Assembly (NCBI GenBank): GCA_963803435.1
Contig: CAWDML010000012.1
Coordinates: forward strand, 1-32,000
Direction: 5' to 3'
Length of the DNA stretch: 32,000 nt
DNA from: an uncultured delta proteobacterium
GTDB taxonomy: Bacteria > Myxococcota > Kuafuiibacteriia > Kuafuiibacteriales > Kuafuiibacteriaceae
The translations under genes and the position numbers were made by a program. The first letter of the stretch is position 1; the number at the start of each line of letters is the position of its first letter. This document shows positions 9,663-17,069 of this stretch, in pieces. A model generated the notes under the pieces. It worked only from the letters and a program-made list of their open reading frames with translations, was not told the DNA's origin and made no database searches.

Positions 9663-10223
9663 CTACAGCGCCGTCGCTTCCAACTCTGCGCGGACGTGGT
9701 CCGGCATCGCTAGCCCGATCGGCAACCATACCGTATCGGGTGCTTCGAGCTTCGTCAGCCACAGGGCATAGTCGGCAACCTCGAGCTTCGCTGCGAGCCG
9801 TCTGAGCGGTCCTTCGTCCTCTCCGTCGTCGGTTCCTTCGTACGTATACATGAAGCCCTCGTGCACGGTGCAAGCGCCCGTGCGCCGCTCACGCAGGCAG
9901 GTCCACACGGTAGGGGTCGCATTCTCTTCTCCAACGGCGTCACCGAGGTAGCCCGAGACGCCGGGGCCGAAGCCAGCTCCACCGAAGTCGCCGGGCATGT
10001 CGGCAAAGAACAGATATGGATCCCGCGGCGCACTGTCGGATAGTCGCCAATCGAAGTGGATGAAGAGCATCCCGGGCATCTCTCGGTGATACGAAAACGC
10101 GACTTTGAGGTTCTCGGTATTCAGCGGCGCGGCCTCATCACAGGCCGTCTCGTTGATGGCGCCGAGGATCTTTGCAACGGCGGCCTTCTCGAAAGGTTTC
10201 AGCACGAGAGCTCCGATGTCCAT
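9663..10223 (-). CDS. hypothetical protein
   Basis: 186-aa ORF, ATG start, TAG stop, balanced composition and GC-rich third positions. No family recognised. An in-frame TAG separates it from upstream ORF 10236..10460. Confidence 0.6.
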   Translation of the reverse strand: MDIGALVLKPFEKAAVAKILGAINETACDEAAPLNTENLKVAFSYHREMPGMLFIHFDWRLSDSAPRDPYLFFADMPGDFGGAGFGPGVSGYLGDAVGEENATPTVWTCLRERRTGACTVHEGFMYTYEGTDDGEDEGPLRRLAAKLEVADYALWLTKLEAPDTVWLPIGLAMPDHVRAELEATAL

Positions 10224-10313
10224 GGGATCGCCCGCCTAGCACACCGACAGTCGAACGGCCAACGCCGAGCCCTCGGGCTCCATCGCGCCGTCGCAGGACG
10301 GGCATGAGAGGCG

Positions 10314-10975
10314 TTGCGGCCGGACTTGGAAAGGATGCGTCCTGAGGCTCGCCTTGCCGTCGTGCTGGGCGGCCTCATCGAGCAGCACTCGAATCCCGGA
10401 AGAGCCTCCGTCGAACGAGCGCCCGATGGAGGCCGAGGAGGGTGGAGGGTCGCACGGCAACTGCCACCTTCGGGATCCTCTTCGCAGACAAGCACAGCGT
10501 ACCGAGGGCCAGCAGCAACCGATTCACTCCTGGCGGGCTTCGGCTGGTGCTGCCCGCGTACCTCGCCGTGCCCCTGTTCTTCGGCGGCTCCATCGTGGTG
10601 CAGGCGATTGGGATGCCCCAAGTCGCGTATCTCGCCCACCTCGGTGGGGGGCTTGCCGGGATCGCCTGTGGGTTGGTCCTGCGCCGGACGCCAGTCCCGG
10701 AGGTCTATGCGACCTTCGAACGCCGGCGCGAGGTTACGAGCGGAACACGCACACCAAACCAGCGGCGGACCTCGCCGGCCGAAGAAGGCGTAGAGGACGG
10801 GCAAGGAGAGAGGCGGGACAGGGACCGCTCCGCCCCGCCCCCGACGAGCGGCCGCGCAGCGGACGCAATGTCGAAGGGCCCGCACCACGCTCCGACATCG
10901 TCGCTCTGTCTACCACGGCGTGCGCATCGAGGTCGCGCCGACGTGCGGTGTCATCGAAGGACTCGGCGCGGGTAG
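10314..10975 (+). pseudogene. rhomboid-family intramembrane protease remnant (frameshifted; N-terminal TMs missing)
   Basis: The frame of ORF 10442 has TATATFGILFA (degenerate GxSG region, Ser replaced by Thr) and the strong TM6 motif VAYLAHLGGGLAGIACGLVL. The frame of ORF 10314 has a preceding LE...RLAVVLGGL segment. Homology ends near 10690; the rest of the ORF is Arg-rich tail. Confidence 0.45.
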
Positions 10976-11167
10976 CCATGAGCTTTTGGTGGCGGTCGCC
11001 GTCGGACCTGCTCTTCCGCTGCCTTCCACGACACCCATCGATCTCCGTGATCTCCTCGCGCGTGCTCCGCGAATCTCGGGCGTGAGTTTCCGCGGGGAGA
11101 AGGCCGTCGTGCTGATGGCCGACGGCGACGCGCGCTGGGAGCTCCGGCTACCGGCGCTGATCCGCGG

Positions 11168-12205
11168 TCAGCTGGTCGTGGGCCTCAGCGACCTCGTCGA
11201 GATCGAGGCTGCGGTGCCCATCCAGCGCGAGGAGGTTACGGACCGGTGAGCCGGCGAGGTAACCGCCGCTGTCGCCAGCGGCAGCGCGGCCGCGCTGCTG
11301 AGTGTGCCGCGCGCGTCGGTGATTGCCGGCAGATCCCTGGCTGGGCGCGGAGCTGGAGCCTCCGCGGCCGCGGCGGCATGACCGTGAGCTTCGAGTTTGA
11401 CGACCGGGAGCTGGTCGCCCCCGCTAACGGGCCCATCAGCGCCGACGAGGTAGAGGCGCATCGACTCCTTGAGCACCATCTCGGCGAACGGGAAGCGCTC
11501 CAGATCCGGGACCAGCGCGCCCTCCGACGCGAGGACCGACTCGGCCTCGGCGGCGACGCGATCCTGCGCCTCCGGGCGGCCGGCCAGGAGGTGGAGGCTC
11601 CAGACGGGCGCGGTGGCGGTGGTCTCGTTGCCGGCGAGGAGCAGCACGACGGCCTCGTCGCGCGCCTGCCGATCGGTCATGCCGGTTCGATCGCCCTCCT
11701 CATCCACCGCGAGCAGCATCATCGAGAGGAGGTCGCCTCGATCCTCGTTGGTGCGACGGCGGTCGGCGATCATCTCGTTGACCACGTGATCGAGGAACGC
11801 GATCGCGTCCTTCGTGCGGCGCTTGTACACGAGCGGGAACCAGTCGGGCGGTACGAACGGCGCGCTGAGATCTCGGAGCGCCGCCTCGTTCAGGACCGCG
11901 ACCTCCCTCGTGAAGCGATCCGCGAAGCGCTGCGCGTCGGCGCCGAAGAGCGACTCCATCACGATCCCCAGCGTCAGGGTCGAGATCTCGTCGGAGATCG
12001 CGACCTCTCCGGCGGGCGGCCACCTGTCGAGCATCGCGTTCGTGCGGCGGAGCATCAGCTCGACGTAGGAGGCGAGCGGCTGCGGACGAAACGCGGGCGA
12101 CACCAGGCGTCGCTGCCGGATCCAGGACGCGCCCTCGTTGAGGACCGCGCCGACTGAAGACGCGCTTGACTCTCCGAGATCCGATCCAAATACTGGTCGC
12201 GACTT
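11168..12205 (-). pseudogene. cytochrome P450 core fragment (lacks the N-terminus and the heme-binding C-terminus)
   Basis: Reads GAVLNEGASWIRQRRLVSPAF..., I-helix LLLAGNETTA and K-helix KESMRLY. Homology stops below about 11450, with no FxxGxRxCxG heme loop in any frame. The upstream frame closes at a TAG (complement of 12206-12208), about 37 nt from the tRNA-like gene. Confidence 0.75.
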
Positions 12206-12244
12206 CTAGCGTTCCTCACACATCCTCTTCGAACGCATTCCTCC

Positions 12245-12320
12245 TGCGGGGTAGCAGGAGTGGCCCCTGCACCGGGTTAGTCACCCGGCGACGTTGGTTC
12301 GATCCCAACCCCCGCAACCA
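12245..12320 (+). tRNA. tRNA-like gene with initiator-tRNA-like stems and a non-canonical anticodon loop UUAGUCA (nominal anticodon AGU)
   Basis: Hand-folded cloverleaf. Acceptor TGCGGGG/CCCCGCA (7 bp), U8 A9, D stem GCAG/CTGC, anticodon stem CCGGG/CCCGG, 4-nt variable region, T arm GTTGG-TTCGATC-CCAAC, discriminator A and encoded CCA. Not scored with a covariance model. Confidence 0.6.
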
Positions 12321-12325
12321 TTCTC

Positions 12326-12628
12326 ATGCACCACGTCTGCATCGTGCGGCGCGATCTGCCGCGCGGAACCCTGGCTGCGATGCTGATCCATGCCGCAGGC
12401 GAGAGCTCCGGCTCCGTCCCGCCGGGCACGCACGCCGTCGCCCTCGCCGCCGAGGACGAGACCCACCTCGAACGGATCGAGCGGAGACTGATCTTCGAGC
12501 GCATCCCGCACGTGGCGATCCGCGAGCCGGATCCGCCCTGGTGCGGCGCGCTGATGGCAATCGGCCTTCCGCCCGCGCTCCGGCGCTCCCTACCGAGCCT
12601 GTTGAACCAGCTGTCACTCCTCGAGTGA
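12326..12628 (+). CDS. PTH2 (peptidyl-tRNA hydrolase 2)-like small protein
   Basis: VCIVRRDLPRGTLAAMLIHAA..., HAVALAAEDETHLERIERRL...IPHVAIREPD... and ALMAIGLPPALRRSLPSLLNQLSLL are collinear with the PTH2 fold motifs (vvVRtDL.mgkGK.aAQ..HAa; v.L.v..e.eL..l; i.DAG.T.i..Gt.T.l.iGP; l.g.LkL). ATG lies 5 nt after the tRNA-like CCA, with no Shine-Dalgarno. High third-position GC. Confidence 0.6.
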   Translation: MHHVCIVRRDLPRGTLAAMLIHAAGESSGSVPPGTHAVALAAEDETHLERIERRLIFERIPHVAIREPDPPWCGALMAIGLPPALRRSLPSLLNQLSLLE

Positions 12629-12644
12629 TGGAAAGGAGAGATCC

Positions 12645-12953
12645 GTGAATCTCGATCTCGTTCGGCTGCACGCCGACATGCACACCTGTGAATCGAACCT
12701 CCGCGAGCAGAAGCGCGCGGTCCGCGCGACGCCCACGCCGACGCGCGAGGCCTACCGGACGCTGCGCGACCTGAAGGCCCACGCGACGCTGCTCTACGCG
12801 ATCCGCGCCCGTTCTCGCGGGCGCCTGCACCTGACGAAGGTGACCCGGAGCCACGCGCACCTCTGCCTCCCGGAGATGCCGGTCTTCACCGCCGACGATC
12901 AGACCCGATTCATCGCCGACCGCTGGCGGTCGTACGAATTGGAGGCGGCGTGA
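12645..12953 (+). CDS. hypothetical protein
   Basis: GTG start preceded by GGAAAGGAGAG. 102 aa. The stop overlaps the next start (GTGA). No family recognised. Confidence 0.55.
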   Translation: MNLDLVRLHADMHTCESNLREQKRAVRATPTPTREAYRTLRDLKAHATLLYAIRARSRGRLHLTKVTRSHAHLCLPEMPVFTADDQTRFIADRWRSYELEAA

Positions 12954-13261
12954 GCTGGGTGGCTCGCGCCCTCGAGAAGCTCGCCCAGGGCGAGGAGGTC
13001 TGGATCCGCCCGCACGGCGGCTCGATGCGTCCGAGGATCGAGTCCGGCGAGCGCGTCCTGCTGGTGCCGGTGGATCCGGAGGAGGTGGCGGTCGGCGACG
13101 TCGTGCTGGTGCGCGTCGCAGGCAACGTCTACCTGCACCTGGTGAAGGCGGTCGAAGCGAGGCGGGTGCTGATCGGCAACAACAAGGGCGGGATCAACGG
13201 CTGGACCGGGAAGGCGAAGATCTACGGCCGCGCCGTGGAGGTGGAGGGACGTCGCCTCTGA
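12950..13261 (+). CDS. small S24/S26 (LexA/signal-peptidase fold)-like protein
   Basis: HGGSMRPRIESGERVLLVPV...VGDVVLVRVAGNVYLHLVKAV...IGNNKGGINGW...IYG shows the G-x-S-M-x-P nucleophile motif and a downstream Lys (HLVK). Only the peptidase-like domain is present; there is no DNA-binding domain. Confidence 0.6.
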   Translation: MSWVARALEKLAQGEEVWIRPHGGSMRPRIESGERVLLVPVDPEEVAVGDVVLVRVAGNVYLHLVKAVEARRVLIGNNKGGINGWTGKAKIYGRAVEVEGRRL

Positions 13262-13273
13262 CTCGCGCTCTCC

Positions 13274-13765
13274 TCACGAGAAGGAGATGATGACGCGATA
13301 GCCGAGCACGCCGAGGATCGCGAGCTGATCGAGCGCGCCAAGGCCGAAGCTCAGCGTGCGCCACGGCTGGAGGCTGTTGACGTAGGCGAAGCTGTGGACG
13401 AGGCGCGCTGCGACGAAGATGCCGAAGAGGATCGACGCGGTGAGCGTCGAGACTCCGGTCGCGGTCAGGAGGTAGGCGGTGATCAGGAAGAGCGGGATGT
13501 TCTCGAGGGCGTTGCGGTGCGCGCGGCGGTAGCGCGCGGTCTTCTCGTTGCCACCTTCGTAGACGACGGCGGCGCCAGCGTTGAGCTTCTGGTCCTCCGG
13601 GTTGACGACCTCCTTGCTCCGTGCGCGGGTGAGCGCCGTATTGTTGGCGAGCACCAGAAGGTTGAGGCCGTCCTCAAACCGGGGGGCAAGCTGGCCTGCA
13701 TCGACATCCAACGCACCGCCGAGTACCTCGACGAGCTCGAGAAGCTCGGCGCGACCCGGCGCCAT
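13274..13765 (-). CDS. MAPEG-family membrane protein (MGST-like)
   Basis: VVNPEDQKLN...ARYRRAHRNALENIPLFLITAYLL...FVAARLVHSFAYV...PWRTLSFGLG is collinear with microsomal GST-type MAPEG. The start is uncertain (ATG 13765, or ATG 13795/13792). The N-terminal about 45 aa is poorly hydrophobic and overlaps an antisense methyltransferase-like remnant. Confidence 0.7.
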   Translation of the reverse strand: MAPGRAELLELVEVLGGALDVDAGQLAPRFEDGLNLLVLANNTALTRARSKEVVNPEDQKLNAGAAVVYEGGNEKTARYRRAHRNALENIPLFLITAYLLTATGVSTLTASILFGIFVAARLVHSFAYVNSLQPWRTLSFGLGALDQLAILGVLGYRVIISFS

Positions 13766-14050
13766 GCGGACCGGGCCGAGCTTCGTCTTCATCATCCCGT
13801 CGTTCACGGTCACTGCAGTGCGCTGACCTTCGAGCCGCAAAGATCTGCGCCGCGCTCGAGCCCCCTTCCCGACCTGCGTGGCGACCAAGGCGGCGTTCGT
13901 CGAGACCGAGGCGCATCCCGCCAGGCGACGGCGAGGCTCAGGGCGACGAGGGCAGAGATCCACACGGTCGGCCGACATCATCGTCGGTGCGGCGCTCCAG
14001 GATTCATTGGAGCGGTTCGCCCTCGGCCCCGAACGGCGTAGAGTTCCGCG

Positions 14051-14716
14051 ATGCTCCTCCTCGCCCTCTCCTGTCTGCAGGGCCGGCCGATGCGACAGGC
14101 GTTCGACGCGCTGGCTCCGCTCGCCGACGGCGTCCAGCTCACGCCCGGCAACCACCCGACGCCCGGGTTCGCCGAGCACGCGGCGCGATTCGTGGTGCGG
14201 ACCCACCACGGGTTCGCGTACGAGCGCCGCGTGCAGCCGGTGTGGAGCGACGACGCCGAGTGCCTGGTCCGATCGACCTCGGTCCACCCGCCGTCCTCCG
14301 CCCGGATCGACTTCGCCGCGTTCGCCGCCGCCGTCGACGCCGGCGCCCGAATGCCGGTGCTCGAGACCATGTATCCCGGCCATCTGCTGGGCTCCGAGGC
14401 GGAGCTCTCGTGGGCGATGGACCGGCGCCTGCCCCTGGCCGTCGACGTCTCCCACCTGTTCATCCAGCGCTGCGCCGGTGTCCTCGGTGACGCGGCGCTC
14501 CGCCGGATCCTCGACTACGATCGCATCGACGAGATCCACGTCTCGCACAACGACGGGCGCTCCAATCAACACGCCGCCCTCACGGACGCCACCTTCGGCA
14601 TCGACTGGGCGAGAGCGCGCGGGCGCGAGGGGACCTGCGTGGTCCTCGAGTGCTACATGCACCGGATGATCGACGCCGAACGCCGGCGCCAGGTCGAGCA
14701 CGCGAGGGGGAGCTGA
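14051..14716 (+). CDS. xylose-isomerase-like TIM-barrel (sugar phosphate isomerase/epimerase-type) protein
   Basis: LAVDVSHLFIQ...IDEIHVSHNDGRSNQHAALTDATFGIDW resembles the D.gH ... vH..Dn....d.H..pG.G.id motifs of the AP_endonuc_2 fold. The stop is immediately followed by the next ATG (TGAATG). Confidence 0.5.
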   Translation: MLLLALSCLQGRPMRQAFDALAPLADGVQLTPGNHPTPGFAEHAARFVVRTHHGFAYERRVQPVWSDDAECLVRSTSVHPPSSARIDFAAFAAAVDAGARMPVLETMYPGHLLGSEAELSWAMDRRLPLAVDVSHLFIQRCAGVLGDAALRRILDYDRIDEIHVSHNDGRSNQHAALTDATFGIDWARARGREGTCVVLECYMHRMIDAERRRQVEHARGS

Positions 14717-16067
14717 ATGGCGCCGCCCCTCGATGGCGGTTGGTGGTGCGAGAGGTTCGCCGATGACGCCACCGTCCTGGCGATGCGGCGCGACGTGCTC
14801 GAGCGGCGCTTCGCCGCCGTGGTGGCGGGTTATCCGGAGAACCTGCGCTCGGCGGTCCTCGGGCTGGCGCAGTACTGGAACGACAACGCCGACGACGAGG
14901 TGCACGTGACCATCCACCCCTCCGAGCGCGCGGCGGTCGACTGGCCGGACGAGAGCGTGGTGGGCGCCCACGTGGACTGGGGCTATGGCGAGCTGGTGCC
15001 GCCGTTCGAGGCCTACTGTCACGAGCGGGGGAATCAAAGCTTCGACGACCAGCAGAACGCGCGACCGTTCGCGCTGGCGCGCCGGGCGCCCGACGGTCGG
15101 ATCGAGGTGACCCCGCTGGGCCGCCTGGTGCGCCCCTGGCTGGACATGGCGCGCGACCGACCCGAGCCCTGGCCGCTCGACGCCACCGCGAAGGCGCTGT
15201 TCGATCGCACGGAGAGAGCGCCGGTCACGTGCTCGCCGATCACTGGCTCGAGAAGGGCGACCTTCGAGGCGAGTACCTCTCCCTGGTCCTCCACCCCGAG
15301 CCGGACAACTCGATGCGCGAGCGCACCTTCCAGCTGTGGGTCGAGCATCACCGCGCCTGGATGGGCGGCCTCGGACCCTTCGTCCCACGGGGCGCGGCCG
15401 TCTTCGAGCGCGGCTTTCTCAGGGACGTCGGCCTGTACGTCGCGCCCGAGATCGCGCACCACTTCGACGCCGACGACTTCGGGCTCCGTACGGTCGAGCG
15501 CCTCCGCTTCCTCCCTGGAGGCCTGCGCCCGATCGGGCACGGGATGCGGCACCTGCGTGCGCTGGGGCCGATCGACGACCAGGGCGTGCTCGAGGGCTGA
15601 TCACCGGTGCGCCCTTCGCCGTGGAGGAGCTCGAGGTCGAGCCGTCCCACGACGACATCCTGGGGGCGCTCGACAAGACCGACAACCTCCCGCGCCTGCG
15701 CGTCCTCCGGTTGATCGGCGCGGGCGTGACGCCCGGCGCGCTGGCGTGGCTGACCGGGCTCCTGCCCCGGCTCGAGCGCCTGGAGGTGGCGCCCGAGAAC
15801 CTGCCGTTCTCGGAGGTGGTCCATCGATTCACCCGCGCGCGGCCGCCGCTGCCACTACGGATGGTGCAGCTCGATCGAGATGCGCGAGTCGCGGAGGGTT
15901 GGTCGATCCTCTTCGAGGACGGCGCCACGCAGCGCGCGACGGTCGAGCGCACCGGGCTCACCGACGAGACCACGCTCGATCAGCTGGAGGCGGCCCTCGC
16001 GGCCCTGCCGGCCGACACCGCAATCACGGTGCGGCCCGGGCCGCTCTGGGACCCCATGCCACGATGA
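14717..16067 (+). pseudogene. TIGR02996-type (repeat-companion) domain / LRR-like protein split over three frames
   Basis: Frame A (14717 to about 15225) is the N-domain. Frame B (15229-15600) reads VLADHWLEKGDLRGEYLSLVL, the ADWLEe.GDprgEfI motif. Frame C (about 15600-16067) reads LPRLRVLRLIGAGVTPGALAWLTG...LERLEV. The junctions read contiguously if single-nt indels are assumed near 15215-15230 and 15590-15600. Confidence 0.6.
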
Positions 16068-16150
16068 TCTTTCGGCCGACCTTGACGGCTTCGAGTTCCG
16101 GATTAGAGTCGGAGCATCGACGTCTGGCCGACGAGGCCCTACAAGCAAAA

Positions 16151-16175
16151 GTTGGTTCGATTCCAACCTCCGCCA
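16151..16175 (+). other. tRNA 3' fragment: T arm, 3' acceptor strand and discriminator
   Basis: GTTGG-TTCGATT-CCAAC-CTCCGCC-A. No acceptable D or anticodon arms could be folded upstream. 21 of 24 nt are identical to 12293-12316 of the tRNA-like gene. Confidence 0.6.
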
Positions 16176-16181
16176 CTCTGG

Positions 16182-16223
16182 GGCGGGGTAGCCGAATGGA
16201 TAGGCAACGATCTCATAAATCGT
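16182..16223 (+). other. tRNA 5' fragment: 5' acceptor strand, D arm and anticodon arm with a CAU anticodon
   Basis: GGCGGGG-TA-GCC-GAATGGATA-GGC-A-ACGAT-CTCATAA-ATCGT. No T arm follows; downstream are unrelated sequence and a T-run (CCCCTTTTTGTTTTG, 16254-16268). The 5' acceptor strand pairs 7/7 (one G-U) with the 3' acceptor strand of the fragment located upstream. Confidence 0.55.
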
Positions 16224-16278
16224 CAAAACGATGGCTTCGGCACTCGGACGTCTCCCCTTTTTGTTTTGAGCCTTTGCC

Positions 16279-16881
16279 GTGACCAGAATCCCCACCGGGC
16301 TCGATGAGCGGTTAGATCCCGACGCCGGCTCACACGTTTCTCCAGAGGTGGCGCTCCCCATCCTCTACGACGACGTCCTCATCGCCAGCCCCTGCGACGA
16401 GAAGTGGGACGACATGATCGGCGACGCCCAGCGCCGCCTCTGCGCGGGCTGCAACCAGAACGTCTACAACCTCGAGGCCATGCACGCCGAAGAGATCGTC
16501 GATCTCATCGAGCGCACCGAGGGCCAGTTCTGTCGCCGCGTGTTCCTCCGCAGCGACGGCACGGTGCTCACCGCGGACTGTCCCGTCGGCCTCCGTCGGA
16601 TCGCGCGGGCCGCGAAGCGCCGCCTCCTCCTCACCGCCGCCCTGGCAGCGAGCGCCGCCGCCTGGATCGCGTCCTATGTGTTCTTCGGCCGCCCCGCGGC
16701 CCCAGAGGTCGTGGGGCCGGACAAGCCGATCGCCAAGATCATTCAGAAGATCGAGGCGGCCACACCGCCGCCGATCCCCGTCGCGAGCCCCCTGCCCCTC
16801 GGCGGCCCGCCGCCACCGCCGCCGACGGTCGGACAGCATCTCGCCGGAAAGCCGCTCCCGCCTCCCCACCTGGGCAAGTAG
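16279..16881 (+). CDS. hypothetical membrane-anchored protein with an N-terminal Cys motif and a Pro-rich tail
   Basis: SPCDEKWDDMIGDAQRRLCAGCNQNVYNLEAM (CxxxW...C..C zinc-finger-like), TM helix LLLTAALAASAAAWIASYVFF, then a PPPPPP-rich C-terminus. GTG start uncertain. Confidence 0.55.
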   Translation: MTRIPTGLDERLDPDAGSHVSPEVALPILYDDVLIASPCDEKWDDMIGDAQRRLCAGCNQNVYNLEAMHAEEIVDLIERTEGQFCRRVFLRSDGTVLTADCPVGLRRIARAAKRRLLLTAALAASAAAWIASYVFFGRPAAPEVVGPDKPIAKIIQKIEAATPPPIPVASPLPLGGPPPPPPTVGQHLAGKPLPPPHLGK

Positions 16882-17069
16882 CGCCTCGCCCACCCGCGCG
16901 ATCGTGTGTGGGGGATCGGGCTCGGGACCGGGTTCTCGCAGGTCGACTCCACGCCAGGACCGGGGAGCGGCCACGCAAGGATTCGAGGCCGACGACGCGT
17001 CGAGGCAAGTGTGGTTGCCGTCGCCGGTGTGAATGCCACGCCGTGGAGCGGAATCGGACGCGTTGCCGC

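Noticed and set aside
10920-11249. 109-aa plus-strand ORF with high third-position GC
   Set aside because: No motif or family support. It is in-phase antisense to the degenerate tail of the P450 ORF, which gives equally high GC3, so codon bias is uninformative.
13670-13760. Plus-strand reading VLKPGGKLACIDIQRTAEYLDELEKLGATR, resembling the post-motif-III region of a class I methyltransferase
   Set aside because: Only about 30 aa, with no start and no upstream motifs. It overlaps the predicted MAPEG N-terminus on the other strand. It may be a gene remnant, which would mean the MAPEG N-terminus is not native, but that cannot be decided by eye.
13274-15388. 704-aa minus-strand ORF
   Set aside because: Only the C-terminal 163 aa (MAPEG) look real. 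The remainder is antisense to the 14051 and 14717 plus-strand genes and is Arg/Gly/Pro-rich.
16151-16270. Two-piece (circularly permuted) tmRNA gene
   Set aside because: There is no G3-U70 alanine identity pair in any acceptor register. There is no tag-peptide reading frame ending in ...ALAA, and no tmRNA-like 5' GGGG...UUCGAC D-loop analogue. The anticodon arm is a normal CAU stem-loop, which tmRNA lacks.
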